This document shows positions 1 through 8,607 of a DNA stretch of 64,000 nt, piece by piece; within the stretch, counting starts at the first letter, position 1, and each line of letters starts with the position of its first letter. Origin of the DNA: Sedimentisphaerales bacterium (GTDB taxonomy: Bacteria; Planctomycetota; Phycisphaerae; Sedimentisphaerales; SM23-30); assembly GCA_963666285.1 (NCBI GenBank), contig OY762711.1, one strand, 5' to 3'. The position numbers were made by a program, and so were the translations under genes. The notes under the pieces were generated by a model. That model saw nothing but the letters and a program-made list of their open reading frames with translations. It was not told the DNA's origin and did no database searches.

Positions 1-433
1 AATCCATTAATGCCGGAGCATCAAATCTAAGCTCAAGTAATGCTGCTTCAGAACCTCCGCCAAGTTGTATGTCCTGTACAACAAACTCTTCCATATCTGT
101 GTAATCACCTTCTAACCATATATCGACATCAGTCATTTGGCCAGAATTAACTATAATATCTGCTTTAACTTGACGAATATATCCATTTTTTGTATAGACT
201 AATGTATAATTCCCAGGCGGCATATCAGATACCAGATAATTTCCTTCTGAAGAAGTCAAAACAGTTTCAGACGTTTCGGCGATTGTCACCTTTGCTTCTA
301 ATAAAGGGGCATCGAAATCCTTGTCATAAACTACCCCACGAATACTACCATTTGGAGCAGAAAATGCAACATTTATGCCAAAAAGCAAGACTATCAGATG
401 CACCATAATAGTAAATCTAATATTATTTATCAT
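1..433 (-). CDS. TonB-dependent receptor, N-terminal part (runs off the window edge)
   Basis: Not in the ORF track; translated by hand as MINNIRFTIMVHLIVLLFGINVAFSAPNGSIRGVVYDKDFDAPLLEAKVTIAETSETVLTSSEGNYLVSDMPPGNYTLVYTKNGYIRQVK...LEGDYTDMEEFVVQDIQLGGGSEAALLELRFDAPALMD. This is a signal peptide, a carboxypeptidase-regulatory-like domain and an EEFVV TonB-box-like motif. The ATG overlaps the upstream stop (TAATG at 435-431). Confidence 0.75.
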   Translation of the reverse strand, partial: MINNIRFTIMVHLIVLLFGINVAFSAPNGSIRGVVYDKDFDAPLLEAKVTIAETSETVLTSSEGNYLVSDMPPGNYTLVYTKNGYIRQVKADIIVNSGQMTDVDIWLEGDYTDMEEFVVQDIQLGGGSEAALLELRFDAPALMD

Positions 434-1641
434 TATTTAGTCAAATCCTTGTAAATCTTTTTGATCGTATCCATTAATTGTTCATCAGGTTTAATCCCAT
501 TCGATGCTAGTGAACAACATATAGAAGTAAGATCGGCTGCCTGAGGGCGTTTATTGGGGTTTATCACAGCATGTTTTAACGCTAACTTATATATCATTAA
601 AGATGTTTCAAGATCATTAGCGGTATAATAGGACTCAGCCAGAATTCTAAGAGGTCTCCCTCGGAACATAGCTCCAATTTTCTCTCCCTCAGCCATAAAA
701 AGGTTATACGAAACTTTCAATTCTGCTATAGCCTTTTCTTTAGAACCAGCCCTAAAACGTAAAGCGGCAAGTTTGGCAGAAAGACTTATCTTATCTTCCA
801 ATCTCCATTGAAAATCCGGAGTATATACAATGTCACTTATCTGATTGATATACTTTACAGCTGTTTCTATATCATTTTGCTGCAAAAATATATTGCATAA
901 TTCGACCAATGAATTGAAACTGTATATATATGGCAAATACTTCATTAGCCCGGTAATTTTATCTTCCAGGATTATTCTCTCACGTTGTGATTCATAAAAA
1001 TGTTCATACATGTTTACTAAAGCTTCTTTGGAATGTATGAGGGGATAGAATTCCTGAGAAGAAATATATTTGTCAATACTGGAAATTGCTTTATCAAATA
1101 CTACTGCATCACCGGATAAAGCTTCTATTGAATTAACTTTGACAATATGGGATTCTTTATCCAAATCATTTATATAATCATATGCAATATCAAATTCATT
1201 AAGAAATGCATATGCTTTGGCTATAGCGATACGAATTTCATCATTTCGCCATTCCTGATCTTTATCATACAACTCTTTAGCAGATTCAATATAATTCTGT
1301 GCTAATTCAGATTTTCCCATTTTAGAGTAATACAGAGCAATCTCAGCATAACACTTACTACGCCGCCAATTTTCGATTTGCCCGGTATATTCTGATGCAC
1401 GTTTTAACAGGCCGAGTTCAATACAGGCCATAACAACTTGTTCCTGATTTCTGGATTTCTCCTTTATGAAAGGATTTGAAGGCAGGACACTTGCAGATTT
1501 AAATGCAATTTCTAATAAATCAACTTGATAATCTTCAATTACAGGCTGATTTTCAGCTTTTGACGGTACCTGACATCCAAAAATACAACAGCAAAGTGCA
1601 AGTATAAATATTAATCGAACACACCAATTACTTATATACAT
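433..1641 (-). CDS. TPR-like alpha-helical lipoprotein
   Basis: The ORF extends to 1719, but the likely start is MYISNW at 1641. Hydrophobic signal ending IFGC (lipobox-like), followed by repeated helical Ala/Tyr/Leu patterns. Confidence 0.6.
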   Translation of the reverse strand: MYISNWCVRLIFILALCCCIFGCQVPSKAENQPVIEDYQVDLLEIAFKSASVLPSNPFIKEKSRNQEQVVMACIELGLLKRASEYTGQIENWRRSKCYAEIALYYSKMGKSELAQNYIESAKELYDKDQEWRNDEIRIAIAKAYAFLNEFDIAYDYINDLDKESHIVKVNSIEALSGDAVVFDKAISSIDKYISSQEFYPLIHSKEALVNMYEHFYESQRERIILEDKITGLMKYLPYIYSFNSLVELCNIFLQQNDIETAVKYINQISDIVYTPDFQWRLEDKISLSAKLAALRFRAGSKEKAIAELKVSYNLFMAEGEKIGAMFRGRPLRILAESYYTANDLETSLMIYKLALKHAVINPNKRPQAADLTSICCSLASNGIKPDEQLMDTIKKIYKDLTK

Positions 1642-1727
1642 AACCAAATCCTGTAGAGAAAGAATCTGGTGACAAAGAAAACCTTTGCCACCAGAATATA
1701 ACTTAAAATATACAACCACAAACTAAA

Positions 1728-3251
1728 TTAGTCTAACCAGCTTGCAGCCAGTTCAGAGAAATCTGACAGGTCAACGTTACCATCACCGTCAATGTCAGCT
1801 GAACCAACAACTCCTGTCATTCCATATTTATAAGCTGCTGTCCAACCAATTAACCAGTTATGATTCGGTGCGAAACCACCGCGGAAGTTAGAACCGGCTG
1901 GAGAAAGTGGAGATGAAAGTGACTCACCTGCAGTAAGAGCATCATTTGCCGGACATGGATCTAGAAAAGTAACCTGAACCATACCTTTGCCACCTCTAAC
2001 TACTGCATCAGCACGTTTAATAGACTTGATCGGGCTCGCTGATGCACGGATATTATTATTTGATGCATTGAAAACACCAACTTCTGAATATTTATCGCCA
2101 CTGTCACTTAGATCATCATAAACTACACTACTCTTGATATAACAATCGCCATCTGCCCAACGGTCAGCCCAAGACTTAGTTCCCATATATCCGTACCCTT
2201 GTGCGCCGTCACCATCTTTATCATCAAACCGTACAAGTTCTTCACCAATATCCATAAATACACAGTTATGGTATTTAACATTTGCATTATCACGCCATGT
2301 TGTAGCACCATCACCCGCTATTGGCTGACCAATCACAGTAAAATTAGCAATTTTTGCATCAGTTGATGGAGTTGCATTTGAGTTTTCTGCACCATCGATT
2401 TCAATACAGTTGTCACCTACACCTGAACCCTGGCTGGCATCTGTGCTGTAACCCTGCACAATCAGACCATACTGAGCTGAACCTCTCCAACCCTGGTCTG
2501 CGTCAAGACTATCATCACCAATATTCCAGATGCTGACATATTTAAGATTAACTGTACCACCCCATATTTCGATACCATCATCAACGTTATTCATGATTTC
2601 AACGTGGTTTATATCTGTTTCACTACCTATAGCACCCAATGACAAACCATTTAGCTCATTAGCAAGACCAACTACGCGGCCGCCATAACGTATAGACAGA
2701 TAACTTATTGAACCACTATCATCCTGATCATCTTCACCACCGTACAGGTTTTTTGTATCTCCAGCAGGTACTGTCAAACCTTCCATTTGGGCCTGGGTGC
2801 CAGGTATTGAAGAGTTTACATCGGCATAGGCAGGAGTACCAGCACCAGGATCGGCATAAGCTATTACAGCTTTACCCATCAATGTAAGGTTACCCCATTC
2901 ATTACATCCTTCATGCCATGTATCAAGATTATCTGAGCTTGAAGTCATTATAACCGGATCATTTTCAGTTCCCTGTACAAAGATTTTAGCTCCACGGCAT
3001 ACAGCCAGGCTACCGGAACCATTAGCTGTTGTATCACTTTGAACCAGAGTGCCAGCTTCAATTGTCAGAGAAGCACCTTCAAGTACATAAATCTGTGTTG
3101 TCAGATTATATGTATTATCAGCAGTCCATACTGTATCAGTTTCAATGTTAGCAGAAACATTTACTTTAGCAGCGCTAACACCACCAGCCATAGCAGCAAG
3201 CATCATCAATGCAGCAATCATTTTTCTTTTCATCATCGTATTCCTTTTCAA
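1728..3251 (-). CDS. Secreted parallel beta-helix-type protein (ElpS-like family) with C-terminal dockerin-like motif
   Basis: Signal peptide; motifs LTIEAGT, WGNLTLMGKA, DDSGSISYLSIRYGG, NELNGLSLGAIGSET, DDGIEIWGGTVNLKY; ends ADIDGDGNVDLSDFSELAASWLD. Confidence 0.65.
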   Translation of the reverse strand: MKRNTMMKRKMIAALMMLAAMAGGVSAAKVNVSANIETDTVWTADNTYNLTTQIYVLEGASLTIEAGTLVQSDTTANGSGSLAVCRGAKIFVQGTENDPVIMTSSSDNLDTWHEGCNEWGNLTLMGKAVIAYADPGAGTPAYADVNSSIPGTQAQMEGLTVPAGDTKNLYGGEDDQDDSGSISYLSIRYGGRVVGLANELNGLSLGAIGSETDINHVEIMNNVDDGIEIWGGTVNLKYVSIWNIGDDSLDADQGWRGSAQYGLIVQGYSTDASQGSGVGDNCIEIDGAENSNATPSTDAKIANFTVIGQPIAGDGATTWRDNANVKYHNCVFMDIGEELVRFDDKDGDGAQGYGYMGTKSWADRWADGDCYIKSSVVYDDLSDSGDKYSEVGVFNASNNNIRASASPIKSIKRADAVVRGGKGMVQVTFLDPCPANDALTAGESLSSPLSPAGSNFRGGFAPNHNWLIGWTAAYKYGMTGVVGSADIDGDGNVDLSDFSELAASWLD

Positions 3252-3330
3252 ATGAATTCTCTTTTTATATCAATTACAGACAACACATCTGCAATTACTA
3301 TATTGATTTTTGATATATTAAAAAGGAAAG

Positions 3331-3371
3331 AGGTTTACATTGGATTAAACATATATTAAATTTACATTAGA
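3331..3371 (-). promoter_or_regulatory. Pho-box-like tandem direct repeats with 11-bp period
   Basis: Minus strand reads TCTAATGT-AAA-TTTAATAT-ATG-TTTAATCC-AAT-GTAAACCT, 80 bp upstream of the 3251 start. Confidence 0.45.
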
Positions 3372-3793
3372 ATTGAAGGTGAAATTTGCCCAACCCAATA
3401 CGATAGGCCTACGCAAGAAGTCAAATAAATTGATAGGAATTTAACGGGTAAGATTTGGGATATACCCAAATTATAATTATTCAGCGAAGGTTTAGGAAAT
3501 TGTTGAACAGTATCAGGCTCATACCAACGACTTACGTTTGTCGAAGCTTTTCTTAGGTTACATTTCCCACAACTTATTACCAGATAAGAATATAGCAGTT
3601 ATAACAAAATATCAACTTAGCATTTCACGTACACAATTATAAATACTTACATTGATTCATCCAGACTATATATTATTTCATATCATACCAGATAAAATCA
3701 GCTGAACCGGACTGGAAAATAGATATTTCCAGCTTCAAATAACAGAGAAGAATCAACATACAGAAATTTTATTCTGAACTCCAAAAGAATTTT

Positions 3794-3983
3794 GCAACCG
3801 TTCACGGTAATTAATAAAAAAGTTAAAAATATTTCGATAATTTTCTGTTTAAACATTCAAAAGTTTGAATAATAGTCGTTTATGGATGCCAGAGACACTA
3901 TTATTGCAGAGCTTAGAGACCAAAATATAATCATGGCCAAGTATATATAACAACTCGAAGAACGAATTGCGCAGCTTGAAAAA
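3794..3983 (+). mobile_element. IS66-like left end and dead transposase N-terminus
   Basis: GCAACCGTTCAC (3794-3805) resembles GTAACCGTTCAC-type IS66 termini. ATG 3882 gives MDARDTIIAELRDQNIIMAKYI*QLEERIAQLEK, the coiled coil that normally precedes NSxNSSKPPSSD. In-frame TAA at 3948-3950. Confidence 0.55.
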
Positions 3984-4202
3984 GGCTGTGCTTTTGACCC
4001 TACCAAACATGAGGCTATGATGCATGTTGAGTCCGACGAAGTTGAAGCTAACCATGTTATCATGGAACTTTCAGCTGGATATGAAATGAACGAGCGGACA
4101 CTACGTCCGGCCAAAGTTTCAATAGCAAAAGCAGTTCAGGAAATAACCGAGCCGGAAAACAATGAAAGCGAAGACAGCCAGGAAGAAAATTCAGAGGAGT
4201 AA
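3984..4202 (+). pseudogene. grpE: grpE 3' fragment (N-terminal two-thirds missing)
   Basis: GCAFDPTKHEAMMHVESDEVEANHVIMELSAGYEMNERTLRPAKVSIAK matches the GrpE C-terminal signature FDP..HEA...GY....R.LRPA.V. Confidence 0.85.
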
Positions 4203-4205
4203 AAA

Positions 4206-4511
4206 ATGCCGACATATGACTATAAATGTGACGCATGCGATTACACATTCGAAGAATTTCAGTCGATTACTTCTAAACCGCTAAAAAAATGTCCAGAATG
4301 CGGCAAATTGAAGTTAAAAAGGCTGATAGGTACCGGTGCCGGGTTAATCTTTAAAGGCAGCGGCTTTTACGAGACTGATTATCGCAGCGAAGGCTATAAA
4401 AAGGCCGCAAGTGCAGACAGTGAAAAAAACGGCAGCAAAAGCGACAGCAAGAATAAATCCGACAAGAAAACTGACTCCGACAAATCTGCCTCAAAAGACA
4501 AGAAGGTTTAA
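4206..4511 (+). CDS. FmdB-family zinc-ribbon regulatory protein
   Basis: MPTYDYKCDAC...KKCPECG...IFKGSGFYETDY followed by a low-complexity Ser/Lys/Asp tail. Confidence 0.9.
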   Translation: MPTYDYKCDACDYTFEEFQSITSKPLKKCPECGKLKLKRLIGTGAGLIFKGSGFYETDYRSEGYKKAASADSEKNGSKSDSKNKSDKKTDSDKSASKDKKV

Positions 4512-4513
4512 CA

Positions 4514-4714
4514 TTGGCAAATTCAGCAAGATTTAATTCTGATAAGTGCCCTATCTGCGGTAATAGCAATGTCGATAGCGGCGAACTAAAGCCATTCTGC
4601 AGTAAACGATGTCAGCAGGTTGATCTGGGGGTATGGTTTACTGAAGGATACTCCATTCCGGCAGTAGAAATTGATGAGGAAGATTTAGAATTTCCTGAAG
4701 AATATGACAATTAG
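4514..4714 (+). CDS. yacG: DNA gyrase inhibitor YacG
   Basis: CPICG...PFCSKRCQQVDLGVWFTEGYSIP; TTG start. Confidence 0.88.
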   Translation: MANSARFNSDKCPICGNSNVDSGELKPFCSKRCQQVDLGVWFTEGYSIPAVEIDEEDLEFPEEYDN

Positions 4715-4761
4715 TATTAGAAATTTAAAAAGGCAGCTCCGAGTTTATGAAGAGGCCTCCC

Positions 4762-5622
4762 TCAGTCTTTATTGATTTTATGTCTAGCATGGCTCTCTTT
4801 CCATTTCACTACACTTCTCATTATAAACAAACCCACCAATACCCCTAATATCAAATCTAATAGGACTATATTAATTGTTACACCAACTTCACCAGGCGTA
4901 TAGATATTCATATTACTATAAGTAAAACCTCCCCATAATCCACATATACAGCCGGTAATATATAGAGTTTTCTTGCCTTTAATAATCAATATAACAAATG
5001 CTAAAACAAACAGTAATGGAAGAAATTTTCTAAGGTATTTTTCCATCATTTGCTTATTTTTATATTCTAAAAGTTTGTCCTTATAATTCTCTTTCAATTC
5101 ACTTGTCAAATATTTAATTGGAAACACCAATTCTCCATTTTGATTGACTTTTGTTATTTGTTGCACCTTAATAATTTCGTCATCATAAATTCGTACCAAA
5201 TATTTTGAAATATTATCACCAGTCATTTTCTCCAGTTTAGCATATGATGTTTCTTGCAAAGGAAAGCGAATAGTTTTGTTTCCATCTGCGTCTATTTCTT
5301 CAATGCCAAATCCTCTAAAATCACCTTTTTCATATATATCATAATCTTTTCGGTAAACTAATACTTGCAAATAGCCATTTTTGTATCGAGTGACAAAATT
5401 GCCGCTGTCAATAATATCACTTTCAATGTAAGGGTTTACATTAAACCAAATACCAGAAACTTTATAATTATCTAGTATAACATCAGACTGGCGACTCTTT
5501 GCTTTTTCTACAAAAATAGAATCCTCCCTGCTCACAGCTATATGAAACTCATTAAAATAAGGAGAAGCTATGCAATGGCAGCTTATAAATAGTAGAAAAA
5601 ATGTCGAGAGATTGTATTTCAT
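4762..5622 (-). CDS. Exported membrane protein with a SecD P1-head-like segment and 3 C-terminal TM helices
   Basis: Signal peptide; DADGNKTIRFPL...KLEKMTGDNISKYLVRIYDDEII...GELVF resembles the SecD periplasmic head; hydrophobic C-terminus; AGGTG RBS. Confidence 0.5.
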   Translation of the reverse strand: MKYNLSTFFLLFISCHCIASPYFNEFHIAVSREDSIFVEKAKSRQSDVILDNYKVSGIWFNVNPYIESDIIDSGNFVTRYKNGYLQVLVYRKDYDIYEKGDFRGFGIEEIDADGNKTIRFPLQETSYAKLEKMTGDNISKYLVRIYDDEIIKVQQITKVNQNGELVFPIKYLTSELKENYKDKLLEYKNKQMMEKYLRKFLPLLFVLAFVILIIKGKKTLYITGCICGLWGGFTYSNMNIYTPGEVGVTINIVLLDLILGVLVGLFIMRSVVKWKESHARHKINKD

Positions 5623-5640
5623 CTATGCACCTGTAAATGT

Positions 5641-5900
5641 CTATTTACACTTATTACAATAATCTTTACATACTTTTTTAGGATCTTCATTCTCCTCTGA
5701 AACTTTACATGAATATGCGCCTAAATCATCAATAACTACTTGTCCGATTACATAACTCCGCCATTCTGTATCTGTAGGCAAATTACAACATTTAACCTTA
5801 CATTAATACATTTTTTTACATGGTATTATTATATTATCTGGATTCCATATTTTAGTAAAATAGTACTCATCTTACAGCCATCCTCCAAGCTATTAAATTT
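5641..5900 (-). pseudogene. Degenerate Cys-rich ORF remnant
   Basis: One frame reads *LGGWL*DEYYFTKIWNPDNIIIPCKKMY*CKVKCCNLPTDTEWRSYVIGQVVIDDLGAYSCKVSEENEDPKKVCKDYCNKCK* and ends 18 bp before the 5622 ATG. Confidence 0.4.
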
Positions 5901-6450
5901 CAAGGATTTATTTCCAAATAAAATGACATAAGTTACACTGTAATCGCTAAACAACAGCAGTAACTTATGCCGCCACTTAAACACAAATATACCATACTCA
6001 AACAAATTTGCCAACCTATTCCGGCTTTTCTTGTTCCAAAGTGTGTGACATTTATTTATGACATAGTTTAAGTGGCATATTTTCTTTGCTTTTCCCAGTG
6101 TATATCCCATAAATTGCTGCAATATACGCTTCCTAAAGCCATTACAGCTTCTGTGTTGTCCCCGCCCTATCTCTTTACCCGCCCCTTTCAGCCTCTTTGT
6201 AAGGCATCAGCAAAATGATTCTGTGTAACCAAAGCCAATATCATACACTTTAGAGAAAGCCGGAATTAAATTGACCTCTTGGAGAGTGATGGAACTAAAA
6301 CTATGTATGAATTACGTTTACGTTACCAAATGACCAGGCAATACACAGCAAACTACTCAAAATGGATCGCAAACAGCAGCAAATCTATGCCCTGTTTTGC
6401 TGATTGGGTGTCTCAATGTTGAATTCAGGAAATATATATTGTTATAAAAT

Positions 6451-6480
6451 AAAGGCAGCTCCAGAAGGAACTGCCTTTTT
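6451..6480. terminator. Bidirectional intrinsic terminator downstream of serA
   Basis: AAAGGCAGCTCC-AGAA-GGAACTGCCTTTTT. Confidence 0.75.
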
Positions 6481-6506
6481 GCATTTGTTATTGTTTATAA
6501 TAGGAA

Positions 6507-8093
6507 TTACAGGGTACAAACATAAATATCCGGCAGGAAGCTGTGAGAGCTAAGCTCTTTAAGAACAGCATCTGTTGGCGGCTGGTCAAGACTAACGGCA
6601 AGGATAGCATCCTTGGCAACACGCCCAACACCCATAGTACCAATATTGATCTCATTCTGTCCGCAAACAGTACCGACTGCACCGATAACACCTGGACGGT
6701 CTTCATAGAACATAACCATAATAGAACCTTCAGGGGTAATCTCAAGAGCAAAGTCATCGATAGAGATAATCTTTTCGATACCTTTGCCAACAATTGTACC
6801 AGTTACCGAACGCCGCTTGCGGTCTGATGTAGTAACAGTTATTTCAAGAGCACTAGTATAATGTTTAGATTCAGAGCTCTTTGATTCAGCGATCGCAAGG
6901 CCGCCTTTATCAGCAATATTACGAGCATTAACAGCATTAACAGAAGCACCTTCAAACATAGGCTGCAGGATACCGACTAATGCGCCTGTTGTGATACTAC
7001 TGACATCATAGTCCGCCAGTTCGCCGCGACAGGCAACTTCGACTTTTTCGATTTTGCCTTTACTGGTACTGCTGGCAATATTACCAATTTTTTCGCTGAG
7101 AGATTTATACTGCATAACGATCTCAGGCATAGCCTTATCCTGACCAGGGACGTTAACAGCATTTCTCATCTGTGTGCCGCGAATAGCATCTACCAACTCT
7201 TTAGCAGCATCGATAGCAACTTCAACCTGAGCCTCTTCAGTACTGGCACCCAGGTGAGGAGTAACCAAACAATTGTCAAGACCTTCAAAGCCACGATTAT
7301 CTGGCGGCTCTTTTGAAAATACGTCAAGAGCAGCGCCAGCGATAACATTGTCCTTCAAGGCAGCATAGAGGTCATCTTCAACAATAACCGCACCGCGAGC
7401 AACGTTGATCAGTCGAGCAGTAGGCTTCATAAGCTTTAGCATATCAGCATTAACCAAACCACGTGTCTGGTCTGTTACCGGGACATGCAGAGTTACATAA
7501 TCCGCCTTTTTGAATACATCCTTAACATTTTCGATATATTCAACACCATCTTTAGAAACAGCCTCAGCTGAAGCCATTGGGTCGAAACCAATGACTTTCA
7601 TCTTCATTCCAAGAGCACGACGAGCGACAGCCATACCAATACGTCCAAGACCTACTACACCAAGTGTCTTGCCCATAAGCTGTGTACCCATAAATTTCTT
7701 ACGGTCCCAGGCACCGGCTTTCATGGTATTATTTCCACCAACAACATGGCGAGAAAGAGCCATCATAAGTGCGATAGTATGTTCTGCAGCACTAATAGTA
7801 TTACCATCCGGGGTATTCATAACTACGATACCCTTTTCAGTGGCCACCTTAACATCAACATTATCAACCCCAACACCGGCACGAGCAACAGCTTTGAGCT
7901 TGCCTGGATTTTCAAGCACTTTAGAGGTTACCTGAGTACCCGAGCGAATAATTAAACCATCATATTCGCCAATTATTTTAGCAAGTTCATCTTCAGATAA
8001 ACCTGTATTAACTTCTACTTCCATATCATCCTGGCTGACGATATAGTCCAGGCCTTCTTGAGCCAGCTTGTCAGTAACGATTACCTTATACAC
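6507..8093 (-). CDS. serA: D-3-phosphoglycerate dehydrogenase (long form with ASB and ACT domains)
   Basis: RAGVGVDNVD, NTISAAEH, GLGRIG, INVARG, TPHLGASTEEAQ and a C-terminal DRPGVIG ACT domain. The true start is GTG at 8093 with a GGAGG RBS; the ORF-track extension to 8249 is likely spurious. Confidence 0.95.
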   Translation of the reverse strand: MYKVIVTDKLAQEGLDYIVSQDDMEVEVNTGLSEDELAKIIGEYDGLIIRSGTQVTSKVLENPGKLKAVARAGVGVDNVDVKVATEKGIVVMNTPDGNTISAAEHTIALMMALSRHVVGGNNTMKAGAWDRKKFMGTQLMGKTLGVVGLGRIGMAVARRALGMKMKVIGFDPMASAEAVSKDGVEYIENVKDVFKKADYVTLHVPVTDQTRGLVNADMLKLMKPTARLINVARGAVIVEDDLYAALKDNVIAGAALDVFSKEPPDNRGFEGLDNCLVTPHLGASTEEAQVEVAIDAAKELVDAIRGTQMRNAVNVPGQDKAMPEIVMQYKSLSEKIGNIASSTSKGKIEKVEVACRGELADYDVSSITTGALVGILQPMFEGASVNAVNARNIADKGGLAIAESKSSESKHYTSALEITVTTSDRKRRSVTGTIVGKGIEKIISIDDFALEITPEGSIMVMFYEDRPGVIGAVGTVCGQNEINIGTMGVGRVAKDAILAVSLDQPPTDAVLKELSSHSFLPDIYVCTL

Positions 8094-8607
8094 CAGCAAC
8101 CTCCATTCTGTAAAATGGTTATTTAATACCCGCCCAAAAGGTTCGGCAATGCCGGCAAATAACGCATTTGCCAATTCAAAAATACCGTCCTTTGAACAAC
8201 TTTTAAGTTCCTTGTCTTTAACTATATTAAATTTTAGCTCAAAGAACAATTTAAATCAAGCTTATTTGATATTTATTTATCTATTAAATAGATACTTTTG
8301 TATCAATATGGGATATTTCCTAGCAACTGACTGAATAATAAATACCATATGTGCATATATATAATGCATTTATGAACTTCATTTTAATTGATAAATATTT
8401 CGTAATTAAATCCATTTTTTATAAAAAAATTCGTAATTTTAAGCCATTTATAATAATTAAATTATATATGACCGGGAACTATTGCAATCAAATAATAATT
8501 CAAGAAAATGGCGTTGAAAGACCGATAATTAAATGTTATTATCAAAGGCATAAAACACATGTGTTCTTTAATATTATGACAGTTATTTGCTGAAAAGGAT
8601 TTAAGCA

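Noticed and set aside
3473..3713. ATAATTATTCAGC (3473) and GCTGAACCGGAC (3701) as ends of an IS66-type MITE
   Set aside because: Both deviate from GTAA-type termini and from each other, and there is no target duplication; too weak to call.
8126..8136. AATACCCGCCCA resembling the tRNA-Val 3' end (possible att site)
   Set aside because: It is short, imperfect and in inverted orientation relative to the tRNA.
8094..8249. 52-aa N-terminal extension of SerA in the ORF track
   Set aside because: GTG 8093 has a GGAGG RBS and matches the family start, so the extension is leader sequence.
8351..8593. 80-aa ORF upstream of fliM
   Set aside because: Very AT-rich divergent promoter region with no RBS or recognisable domain.
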